Below, in pieces: positions 18,959 to 26,804 of a stretch of DNA of 38,384 nucleotides (position 1 is its first letter; the number at the start of each line of letters is the position of its first letter). Below the pieces are notes generated by a model. It made no database searches. It was not told the DNA's origin and saw only the letters and a list, made by a program, of their open reading frames with translations. The translations under genes were made by a program, and so were the position numbers. The DNA is from an uncultured Campylobacterales bacterium (lineage in GTDB: Bacteria; Campylobacterota; Campylobacteria; Campylobacterales; CAZXTK01), in NCBI GenBank assembly GCA_964643665.1, contig CAZXTK010000001.1, positions 1-38,384 of the forward strand, given 5' to 3'.

Positions 18959-20863
18959 TTATTGGGCTTCTAAAACGACTACATTGATTAATGGGAATTT
19001 ATTAAATTTTCTACCACAATATCTTTTAAATACTTTTTTAAACTCTTCTGAAAGAGTAAGTGGGTTTTTCATCACTGCTGGTTTAGCGCTCTCTAAACAA
19101 CTGCTAAGTAAACCTAAAGTATCTTTTATCATTATCTCTTCTTGTTTATTGTCTGTTAATCCATTTGTTTGGATATGTGGTTTGCCCGCAAAAGAGGCAG
19201 AACCAAAATCTACCGTGGCTACACAAAAAATAGCCCCATCTATACTCATTCTTTGTCTATCAAATATTATTTTATGTGGTATTTTTCTGTTTTTTTGGTT
19301 ATCTACGAATACTTTACCTGATCTAACTGTTTTTATTTTTTTAAGCTGAGTAGGAGAGATCTCTATTTGCTCACCTGCATGGAGTGCGTGAATATTTCGC
19401 TTTTGGATTCCGCAGTCAATGCCTGTTTGGGCATGTCTTAGCACATGGTTATATTCCCCGTGAATTGGCATAAAATATTTTGGCTTGCAAAGTCGTATCA
19501 TAAGTTTTTGCTCTTCTATGGATGCATGCCCAGAAACATGTATATCTGGATATGAAGTATGAGTAGCCACTTTTGCATCACATTTCATAAGCTCATTTAA
19601 AAGTTTAGACACACTTCCTTCGTTTCCGGGGATTGGTTTTGAGCTTAGAATTATCAAATCTTCTGGCTTAATTTTTATATGTCTATGCTCTTGAATGGCC
19701 ATTCTATAAAGAGCTGCGTTATTTTCGCCTTGTGAGCCTGTTGTTACAATAAACACCTCTTTGTCTAATAATTTATCAATAGAATGTGCATCTATAAAAT
19801 GTTTTCTATCATATTTTACATAGCCCAAATCTATTGCTAGGTTTGTATTTTTTTCTATACTTCTACCAATAAGGCATATTTTTCTGCCTTCTTGTATAGC
19901 AATATCTATGCCCTGAACCAATCTATGCAAGTTGGAGCTAAAAGTGGACATCAATATTCTACCTTTTGCGTTTCTTATTAATCTCTCTAAAGTTGGTCCT
20001 ACTGTTTTTTCGCTTCTTGTGATTCCGCCTCCATGTGAGTTTGTGCTATCGCTGAGCAATGCTAAAACGCCTTTTTCTCCATAATATGCAAATCTATGCA
20101 AATCAGTTGGATAATTATCTACTGGCGTATGATCTATTTTAAAATCACCTGTGTGGATGATTGTGCCTGCTTTTGTAGTAATGGCAAGAGAGCTACAATC
20201 AACAATAGAATGTGTTATATGCATCCACTCTACTTCGAACTGATCAATCTTTATTGCTTTTCTTTTTTCTACACTTCTAAAATAACTTTTAAGATGCTTC
20301 ATTTTATTCTCATCAAACTTCGCGCCTATCATAGCAAGTGGTAGCGGTGAGCCATAAATTGGAACTTGAATTTCCTTAAACAAATAAACCATCGCGCCTA
20401 TATGATCTTCGTGTGCGTGTGTTATTAAAATGGCTTTTATTTTAGAGCGTATGGTTCTTAGATATGTAAAATCAGGTATCAAAATATCTATACCAAACCC
20501 GCTCTCATCAGGGAAGTTCATACCACCATCTACAATCACGGCGCTATCTTCTGTTTCAATAACCATGATGTTTCCACCAATTTCATCTAGCCCACCTATT
20601 GGAGTAATTCTGACTTTGTTAGTGTTTTTTGTGTCAATCTTTGGTGTCAATCTTTGTTTTTGAATCTCTTCATTTGCCTCGAAGCTCTTTTTTAAATCAT
20701 TATTCCAGCCCTTGCCAGATGTTGGAACTGGTTTTTTCTTAGATACGGTTTTGGCATTTGGGTTGTTTGATTGCCCTTTTGCGCCATTATTATTTTTATT
20801 TTGTGGTTTATCTTCATTTGGTTTTTTGTCATCTGTAATTTTGCTAAATATCTTTGTTATCAA
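18959..20863 (-). CDS. rnj: Ribonuclease J (beta-CASP metallo-beta-lactamase) with a Lys/Asn/Pro-rich N-terminal extension.
   Basis: The motifs are HAHEDHIG, GDFKID and HVSGHAS. The first 85 aa or so are low-complexity, as in Helicobacter and Campylobacter RNase J. The track start at 20863 is a TTG. The gene is adjacent to ksgA, as I recall for H. pylori HP1430/HP1431. Confidence 0.9.
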   Translation of the reverse strand: MITKIFSKITDDKKPNEDKPQNKNNNGAKGQSNNPNAKTVSKKKPVPTSGKGWNNDLKKSFEANEEIQKQRLTPKIDTKNTNKVRITPIGGLDEIGGNIMVIETEDSAVIVDGGMNFPDESGFGIDILIPDFTYLRTIRSKIKAILITHAHEDHIGAMVYLFKEIQVPIYGSPLPLAMIGAKFDENKMKHLKSYFRSVEKRKAIKIDQFEVEWMHITHSIVDCSSLAITTKAGTIIHTGDFKIDHTPVDNYPTDLHRFAYYGEKGVLALLSDSTNSHGGGITRSEKTVGPTLERLIRNAKGRILMSTFSSNLHRLVQGIDIAIQEGRKICLIGRSIEKNTNLAIDLGYVKYDRKHFIDAHSIDKLLDKEVFIVTTGSQGENNAALYRMAIQEHRHIKIKPEDLIILSSKPIPGNEGSVSKLLNELMKCDAKVATHTSYPDIHVSGHASIEEQKLMIRLCKPKYFMPIHGEYNHVLRHAQTGIDCGIQKRNIHALHAGEQIEISPTQLKKIKTVRSGKVFVDNQKNRKIPHKIIFDRQRMSIDGAIFCVATVDFGSASFAGKPHIQTNGLTDNKQEEIMIKDTLGLLSSCLESAKPAVMKNPLTLSEEFKKVFKRYCGRKFNKFPLINVVVLEAQ

Positions 20864-21087
20864 TTTTTATCCTTTTTTAATTTTGTTTTTTTTATATTCA
20901 TTATGTTTTGATTTAAATTATTTTAAACTCTCTCCTTGTTTTAATTTTTAAAAATATACTTTTTTGTTTTTAATGATGCAATTTCTTAAACAAATTTACA
21001 TATTCAGCTGGTGTTATTTCATGAGAGCGGATACTCTCATTTAAAGCTATTTGCTTAAATATTTCTTTAATTTTTCCTAAATTATAC
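20771..21087. repeat. Copy 1 of a perfect 317-bp tandem direct duplication. It holds the functional rnj 5' end, the intergenic spacer and an orphan ksgA 3' fragment.
   Basis: Base-by-base comparison with 21088..21404 shows identity over all 317 nt. The unit starts with TTGCCCTTT. Confidence 0.9.
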
Positions 21088-21404
21088 TTGCCCTTTTGCG
21101 CCATTATTATTTTTATTTTGTGGTTTATCTTCATTTGGTTTTTTGTCATCTGTAATTTTGCTAAATATCTTTGTTATCAATTTTTATCCTTTTTTAATTT
21201 TGTTTTTTTTATATTCATTATGTTTTGATTTAAATTATTTTAAACTCTCTCCTTGTTTTAATTTTTAAAAATATACTTTTTTGTTTTTAATGATGCAATT
21301 TCTTAAACAAATTTACATATTCAGCTGGTGTTATTTCATGAGAGCGGATACTCTCATTTAAAGCTATTTGCTTAAATATTTCTTTAATTTTTCCTAAATT
21401 ATAC
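21088..21404. repeat. Copy 2 of the 317-bp tandem duplication. It holds an orphan rnj 5' fragment, the spacer and the functional ksgA 3' end.
   Basis: It is identical to 20771..21087. It is followed at 21405..21413 by a third copy of the 9-mer TTGCCCTTT, which marks the microhomology junction. Confidence 0.9.
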
Positions 21405-22093
21405 TTGCCCTTTAAAGATGTTATCATCTTTTTTCTAGGGGCTAAAAAGCATATTTTTAAAAACTTTTTAAATTCTTCGTTTGTAGTTATATTATCCTTT
21501 TTATCTATATCTTTATTCTTTTGCAAACAAATCACCATTGAATCTACATTTGGTGCAGGCTCAAAAGATGCTCTATCAACAAAAGCAACCTCGCTTCTAT
21601 TATCGCATGCAAGAGAGCTAATAACGCCCAAAGCAGAAAAATCTTTATCCTTTGGCCTGGCTAAAAACTTTTTTGCAACTTCAAGCTGAAGCATAACAAT
21701 TAAGCTTTGGCAATTGTCATCACAAAGTGCTTTTAAAACAATTTTTGTGCCTATGTTATAAGGCAAGTTTGCAACCAAATCATATTTGTTTGATGATAGG
21801 GTTTTATGCTCTTGCCAATAATGCACTACATCGCACAAAGTTAGATTAAATAACCTCTGTTGTAATTGCAAATCAAAATTTTTACACAAAAGCGAATACA
21901 GGCTTTTATCTATTTCATAGCCTATAACTCTTTTTTTGCTACTAACTTCTAAAAGTTTGGCTGTCAAATCGCCCATACCGCAACCAATTTCTACTATATC
22001 GTTGGTATTGTTTGGAATAACTTGCTTAATTTTATTTAAAACAAGCTCATCTTTTAAAAAATTTTGACCAAATCGTTTTTTGGCTCTAATCAT
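21287..22093 (-). CDS. rsmA: 16S rRNA (adenine1518/1519-N6)-dimethyltransferase RsmA/KsgA.
   Basis: The motifs are FGQNFL, EIGCGMGDLT (SAM-binding) and NLPYNI. Confidence 0.9.
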   Translation of the reverse strand: MIRAKKRFGQNFLKDELVLNKIKQVIPNNTNDIVEIGCGMGDLTAKLLEVSSKKRVIGYEIDKSLYSLLCKNFDLQLQQRLFNLTLCDVVHYWQEHKTLSSNKYDLVANLPYNIGTKIVLKALCDDNCQSLIVMLQLEVAKKFLARPKDKDFSALGVISSLACDNRSEVAFVDRASFEPAPNVDSMVICLQKNKDIDKKDNITTNEEFKKFLKICFLAPRKKMITSLKGKYNLGKIKEIFKQIALNESIRSHEITPAEYVNLFKKLHH

Positions 22094-22119
22094 GTCTTTG
22101 TATTTTACTATTTTACAAC

Positions 22120-22872
22120 TTAAACAAAAGGCGTAAAAAATGTATCTCTTTGAATATTGCTAAACGAGCTTTGCAAAGAAGCAAAAAACTTAGGATTATC
22201 CTCTTCTATTTTTGCTAAAAGCTGTTTGATTTCATATCTTACATGTGGGAGCTTAATATCAAATCTCATAGCAGGACATAACTCATCACTTAGCACTTTG
22301 GCATTATTTTTAATCGCATTATCTCTTAACATTCTCTCTCTTACCAATATTAATGGGCGAATAACCTCTATTTTATAGCTAGTATCATCTATTGTATATT
22401 TTGGCGCCATACTTCGCATCACTCCGTTATAGCTAATCCCCATCAAAAAACTCTCTGCTGCATCATCAAAATGATGACCTAATGCTAACTTATTGTAGCC
22501 ATATTCTCTTGTTTTTTGATACAAATGCCCTCTTCTTAATCTAGAAAAAAACGAGCAATACGATGAGTTTTTTCTAATCTTAGTTTTAGCAAGGGAATAT
22601 ATATTTGTTTTAATTGTCTCGTGTTCTATGTCGTATTTTGCACAATAATCTCCCAAAAAGGACAAATCATCTCCCATGCCATATTCAATGCTAACAGCCT
22701 TGAAGCTAAAATTAAACGGCGCGTATTTTTGCATATGTTTTAATATATGAATAAGGGCTAACGAATCCTTACCGCCACTAAAGCCTACGACTATTTTATC
22801 CCCCTCACTAATTAAATTAAACTGATGGTTGGCTTTTGTTGTTAGTTTTAATAATGCTTTGCTTACTCTCAT
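22120..22872 (-). CDS. PP-loop ATPase of the TtcA family (tRNA 2-thiocytidine synthase-like).
   Basis: The PP-loop is VVGFSGGKDS. SYCSFFSRLRRGHLY aligns with E. coli TtcA TTCSLCSRLRRGILY, and ALGHHFDD aligns with ALGHHRDD. Confidence 0.8.
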   Translation of the reverse strand: MRVSKALLKLTTKANHQFNLISEGDKIVVGFSGGKDSLALIHILKHMQKYAPFNFSFKAVSIEYGMGDDLSFLGDYCAKYDIEHETIKTNIYSLAKTKIRKNSSYCSFFSRLRRGHLYQKTREYGYNKLALGHHFDDAAESFLMGISYNGVMRSMAPKYTIDDTSYKIEVIRPLILVRERMLRDNAIKNNAKVLSDELCPAMRFDIKLPHVRYEIKQLLAKIEEDNPKFFASLQSSFSNIQRDTFFTPFV

Positions 22873-22955
22873 ACTCTCTCTTTTTGTATTGATGTTATTT
22901 TACAATAAGCTTTTAAATAAACAACCTAAATGCTATAATCTTTATAATTTTAAGG

Positions 22956-23546
22956 ATGCTCATGAGAATATTTTCATATTTATACAACAAAACACTACAA
23001 TACTCCAAAAGCAAATACGCTACCTATTGGCTTGGTGGTATTAGTTTTGTAGAATCATTCATTCTGCCGTATCCTCCACCAGATGTATTACTGGCCCCTA
23101 TGGTGTTAGCCAAACCTATAAAGGCTTACAAATATGCACTTATTTGTGCGGTATTTTCTGTGCTAGGTGGTGTGGCAGGGTATTTCATAGGTGCTAGTGC
23201 GATGGGGGTAGTAGAGCCCCTATTGCATAAGCTTGGCTATATGGACAAGATAGATATTATTATGAACTGGTTTAATGAATATGGAATATTAATAGTATTT
23301 CTAGCTGGGTTTAGTCCATTGCCGTATAAAATATTTACTATTGGTGCTGGCATAGTAGGCATAGCGCTTGCTCCATTTGTATTAATCTCGCTAATATCTC
23401 GTGGAGCTAGATTTTTTTTGGTAGCGTATTTGGCAAGAAGGTTTGGAGACAATTGTGATATATGGCTTCAAAAATATATAGATAAGTTAGGCTGGGCAAT
23501 AGTGGCAGTAGTTATTTTGTTTGTGGCAGTAAAAACTATTTGGTAA
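22956..23546 (+). CDS. Membrane protein of the YqaA/DedA superfamily.
   Basis: It is a polytopic membrane protein. FVESFILPYPPPDVLLAPM and GFSPLPYKIFTIGAG match the DedA/YqaA signature. Confidence 0.7.
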   Translation: MLMRIFSYLYNKTLQYSKSKYATYWLGGISFVESFILPYPPPDVLLAPMVLAKPIKAYKYALICAVFSVLGGVAGYFIGASAMGVVEPLLHKLGYMDKIDIIMNWFNEYGILIVFLAGFSPLPYKIFTIGAGIVGIALAPFVLISLISRGARFFLVAYLARRFGDNCDIWLQKYIDKLGWAIVAVVILFVAVKTIW

Positions 23547-23708
23547 TTTAATATTATATAGACAAAAACAACAAAAATCCATAGTAAAATATGAGCCTTT
23601 ATGCTGTTGGGGCACTTTTATGACATTAAAGCAAAGAAAAATACAAAATATACCTACATAGTATATTTAATGGATATAATTACACAACAAACATAAAAAA
23701 GGTGCATA

Positions 23709-24518
23709 ATGAACATTCAACCCACCACAGCCTTTGCAAAAAGAATTATTCCTTGCTTGGATATAAAAAACAATCGCGTTGTAAAGGGTGTAAACTTTGA
23801 AGGGCTTAAAGATAGTGGCGACCCAGTAGAAGTTGCAAAACGATACAACGATGAAGGGGCTGATGAAATAGTGTTTTTAGATATTGCAGCAAGCATAGAA
23901 AACAAAAAAACAATGGTAGATATTATCAAAGAAGCGGCGCAAGAAGTTTTTGTGCCACTTTGTGTTGGTGGTGGCATAAATAATTTGAATGATATTTACA
24001 AACTCTTACATGCCGGATGCGATAAAATTAGCATAAACTCTAGCGCTCTTAGAAACCCTGATTTGATAAACGAAGCTGGCAAAGAGTTTGGAGTTCAATG
24101 CATTGTAGTTGCAATAGATGTAAAAAAACAAAGAAAAGAAAATATAGCAAATGATAAGCAGAGTTCAAGCAATACTTATGAGGTCTTTAGCAAAGGCGGG
24201 AGTATGAACACACACAAAGAAGCTCTCGCGTGGGCAAAAGAAGCTGCCAAAAGGGGTGCTGGGGAGATATTGCTAACAAGCATGGACACAGATGGAGTAA
24301 AAGAGGGCTTTGATTTAGAAATAACAAAACAAATAAGTGACGAGCTAGATATTCCTATCATTGCGAGCGGTGGTGCTGGTAAGATAGAGCATTTTAAAGA
24401 AATATTTGAAGCTGGGATAGATGGTGGGCTTGCTGCTAGTATTTTTCATTTTAAGCAAATAGAAATACAACACTTAAAACAATATCTAAAAGAACAAGGC
24501 ATTGCAGTAAGACTCTAA
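23709..24518 (+). CDS. hisF: Imidazole glycerol phosphate synthase cyclase subunit HisF.
   Basis: The motifs are [62 protein letters not shown] and ASGGAG. A Shine-Dalgarno sequence AAAGGTG lies upstream. No hisH or hisA is adjacent. Confidence 0.9.
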   Translation: MNIQPTTAFAKRIIPCLDIKNNRVVKGVNFEGLKDSGDPVEVAKRYNDEGADEIVFLDIAASIENKKTMVDIIKEAAQEVFVPLCVGGGINNLNDIYKLLHAGCDKISINSSALRNPDLINEAGKEFGVQCIVVAIDVKKQRKENIANDKQSSSNTYEVFSKGGSMNTHKEALAWAKEAAKRGAGEILLTSMDTDGVKEGFDLEITKQISDELDIPIIASGGAGKIEHFKEIFEAGIDGGLAASIFHFKQIEIQHLKQYLKEQGIAVRL

Positions 24519-24548
24519 TCTTGCTACAACTAAACAAAAAGGAATAAT

Positions 24549-25070
24549 ATGATAATTTGTGCAGGAAATGGTGAAGAGTTTAAGTTTGCAACTAATATTG
24601 GAGTGGGGCTTGTCCAAAGTGCTATGACTCTTAGTAGAATATGTGCCAACAAAAGAGCAAAATATTTTGTATTTGTCGGCACCGCTGGGAGCTACGGAGA
24701 GTATAAAATTGGCGATATCATAACTAGTTACAATAGCTCAAATATTGAACTTAGCTTTTTAGAAGACAAATGCTACACACCAATACAAGACAATGTAATA
24801 ACAATAGAGGGTATGAAAAGCGATTGCATTATCAACTCATCTAATTATATTAGCACAGACGAAGAGCTTACAAAAAAGTTTCTACCTCTTGGGATTGGTG
24901 CTGAGAATATGGAATTTTTTGCTTGTGTTAGTGTGGCAAAATCGCTTAATATTGCATGTAAAGGAATATTTTATATCACAAACTATACCAACAACAATGC
25001 ACACAAAGACTATATAGCAAATAAAGATATTGCCAAAATAGAGATAGAAAAATTTCTATATAAAAAATAA
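24549..25070 (+). CDS. Short protein of the nucleoside phosphorylase/nucleosidase family (PNP_UDP_1). It may be a futalosine/MTA-type hydrolase.
   Basis: FVFVGTAGSY resembles the MTAN GxAGg motif and GAENMEFFAC resembles the catalytic xEMEgaA motif. The 173-aa length matches the short 'purine nucleoside phosphorylase' annotated in Helicobacter. Confidence 0.5.
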   Translation: MIICAGNGEEFKFATNIGVGLVQSAMTLSRICANKRAKYFVFVGTAGSYGEYKIGDIITSYNSSNIELSFLEDKCYTPIQDNVITIEGMKSDCIINSSNYISTDEELTKKFLPLGIGAENMEFFACVSVAKSLNIACKGIFYITNYTNNNAHKDYIANKDIAKIEIEKFLYKK

Positions 25071-25091
25071 ATCAACACTAAAAGACACGCT

Positions 25092-26183
25092 ATGGTTGCC
25101 AAAGACGCAAAAAATACAATGCTCAAAAAAAACATATACTCATATAGCATAGAGCAATTAGAGCAAGAATTAAAACCTGCCTTTAGAGCCAAACAAATAT
25201 ATAATTGGCTTTATAAAAAATATTCATCTAGTTTTGATGAGATGAAAAACATAGGCGATAGTATGATGTCGCAGCTAAAAAGTGAGTATGATATAAGCAT
25301 TTTAAAAAAAATCAACAAACAACACAGCAAAGACGGGTCTATAAAATACCTTTTTGAACTAAGAGATGGCAAGACAATAGAGGCTGTATTGTTAAAAATG
25401 AGAGATACAAAAAGAGATGATGAGGGAAATATAATCAAGCAAGCACAATATACTTTTTGTATATCATCCCAAGTGGGGTGCAAAATAAAATGCTCTTTTT
25501 GTGCTACTGGAAAGGCTGGTTTTAGTAGAGATTTAGAATCAGGCGAGATTGTTGCTCAGATTGTTTATTTAAAAAAGGATAATAAATTAAATGAAAATAA
25601 GGCAATGAATATTGTATATATGGGTATGGGCGAACCTCTTGATAACTACGACAATGTAATACAATCTATTAAAATATCGCAAGAAACATTGGGGCTAAAC
25701 ATATCAGCCAATAGGCAAACCCTCTCTACGAGCGGTGTGGTTGACAAAATTGATGCACTATCAAACGAGAATTTGGGCATAAATTTAGCTATTTCACTTC
25801 ATGCAGTAAATAACGACATAAGAGATGAGCTTATACCCCTTAATAAAAAATACAATATACAGGCTCTTATCCACCAAATCAAGCAATACCCACTAGAAAA
25901 AAGACAAAAAATATTCTTTGAATACCTTGTTATAAAAGATAAAAATGACACTTTAGATGATGCAAAAGAGCTAGTTAGATTACTATCTGATATACCGTCT
26001 AAGGTTAATTTGATATTTTTTAACCCCTCTGATAAAACCAAATACAAACGACCAGAGGTAAAAAAGATGGAAGCTTTTAGAGACTATTTGAACTCAAAAG
26101 GGCTGAGAGCAACCATCAGAGAATCGAAGGGCTTGGATATTGATGGCGCTTGTGGTCAACTAAACGAAAAATACAAAAAATAA
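25092..26183 (+). CDS. rlmN: Radical-SAM 23S rRNA/tRNA (adenine-C2)-methyltransferase RlmN.
   Basis: CISSQVGCKIKCSFCATG carries the CxxxCxxC motif. The other motifs are GMGEPL and a C-terminal DGACGQL. Confidence 0.9.
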   Translation: MVAKDAKNTMLKKNIYSYSIEQLEQELKPAFRAKQIYNWLYKKYSSSFDEMKNIGDSMMSQLKSEYDISILKKINKQHSKDGSIKYLFELRDGKTIEAVLLKMRDTKRDDEGNIIKQAQYTFCISSQVGCKIKCSFCATGKAGFSRDLESGEIVAQIVYLKKDNKLNENKAMNIVYMGMGEPLDNYDNVIQSIKISQETLGLNISANRQTLSTSGVVDKIDALSNENLGINLAISLHAVNNDIRDELIPLNKKYNIQALIHQIKQYPLEKRQKIFFEYLVIKDKNDTLDDAKELVRLLSDIPSKVNLIFFNPSDKTKYKRPEVKKMEAFRDYLNSKGLRATIRESKGLDIDGACGQLNEKYKK

Positions 26184-26220
26184 ATATTACTACTTGCGTA
26201 TAATTATGCAACTTCTTGTA

Positions 26221-26240
26221 ATTGTTCCTCGTGGAACATT
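26221..26240. repeat. Copy 1 of the palindromic intergenic repeat (core TGTTCC-TCGT-GGAACA).
   Basis: The sequence is attgttcctcgtggaacatt. It lies 38 nt downstream of the rlmN stop. Confidence 0.8.
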
Positions 26241-26337
26241 AAATTTTCAATAAAAACATGCAAGTTTGTTTAATTTTGATAGATGAATATAGAAAAATAA
26301 AAATCTTTTAATAAAAATATCCACAAAATAAATATAC

Positions 26338-26357
26338 AATGTTCCTCGTGGAACATT
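26338..26357. repeat. Copy 2 of the palindromic intergenic repeat, with a perfect 8-bp stem and a 4-nt loop.
   Basis: The sequence is aatgttcctcgtggaacatt. AATGTTCC is the exact reverse complement of GGAACATT. Confidence 0.85.
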
Positions 26358-26763
26358 AAAAAACTTTTACTAACTATATACAAAACTAATAAAAAATAAA
26401 TAAAAATGAATGATATATGTTTTTATTTATTATCATATAAAGAATACAAAATATATAAATTATCAAATTAGAATGTATTAACATTTAGCACAAATGGCAG
26501 ATGGGCGCAAAGATGAAAACATCAAGACAAAGCCATTTATTACAAATCATATAGAAATTAAAAGCCAAGCAAGAAGCGATAATCAACCATATAAATATTT
26601 TGGCAAACCAGAAAGCAAGGTCAATGGTGGTCTAAAAACACAAGGATGTCTATTGTTAAAATATGGGTTCTGTATGGCATAGAGCATAAAAGAGGGTTGC
26701 GCTTTACGATAAGCAAACCAAACTAAACATAACATAACATAACAAAAGGGATGGTGAGCATGC

Positions 26764-26781
26764 AATGTTCCCCGTGGAACA
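26764..26781. repeat. Copy 3 of the palindromic intergenic repeat, a variant with loop CCGT.
   Basis: The sequence is aatgttccccgtggaaca. It lies 24 nt beyond the gltX stop. Confidence 0.75.
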
Positions 26782-26804
26782 AAAGATAATTTATGAGCGG
26801 AATA

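Noticed and set aside
18882-19349. A 155-aa plus-strand ORF. There are similar long antisense ORFs at 31914..32429 (171 aa), 21405..21689 and 33187..33477.
   Set aside because: Each lies entirely inside a well-supported minus-strand gene with clear catalytic motifs (rnj, the TrmH-family methyltransferase, ksgA and the RluA-family synthase). Their sequences are hydrophobic and low-complexity with no recognisable motifs.
20864-21286. Small ORFs in the enlarged ksgA-rnj spacer (the track's 20712..20951 plus-strand ORF, the orphan 32-codon rnj leader and the orphan ksgA tail) as real genes.
   Set aside because: They are direct by-products of the 317-bp duplication. The rnj-leader fragment hits a stop two codons past the junction. 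The ksgA tail has no start codon or in-frame upstream context.
23709-24518. The stand-alone hisF, which has no adjacent hisH or hisA and carries an extra loop of about 13 aa ([15 protein letters not shown]), as a glycan-modification paralog similar to the hisF/hisH-like genes in Campylobacter flagellin-glycosylation loci.
   Set aside because: All canonical HisF motifs are intact. The neighbours (a DedA-family gene, a nucleosidase-like gene and rlmN) are unrelated to glycan synthesis. Scattered his genes are common in this phylum. The sequence gives no support for anything beyond ordinary HisF.
26221-26357. Two identical TGTTCCTCGTGGAACATTAAA repeats 117 bp apart, which I considered as a mini CRISPR array.
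   Set aside because: There are only two adjacent copies. The repeat is short and fully palindromic. The spacer of about 95 bp is far too long and is almost pure A/T. No cas genes are in the window, and further copies are dispersed at other gene ends. It behaves like a REP-type element rather than CRISPR.
26494-26682. A 62-aa plus-strand ORF (MADGRKDENIK...), overlapped by a 60-aa minus-strand ORF at 26583..26765.
   Set aside because: There is no Shine-Dalgarno sequence upstream of either ORF. They overlap each other on opposite strands, and neither has a recognisable motif. Both are more likely fortuitous ORFs in a GC-richer non-coding segment.
26490-26760. Whether the GC-richer intergenic core is RNase P RNA, tmRNA or SRP (4.5S) RNA.
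   Set aside because: GCAAGGTCAATGG weakly resembles the RNase P GCAAGGCCAAAUAGG on the plus strand, and ACAGAACCCAT resembles the P4 3' strand on the minus strand. These two matches are on opposite strands. The universal GAGGAAAGUCC motif is absent. There is no tmRNA 5' GGGG...3' CCACCA acceptor or tag ORF, and no SRP GGAA-tetraloop domain IV consensus. The identity stays unresolved and is reported only as a candidate.
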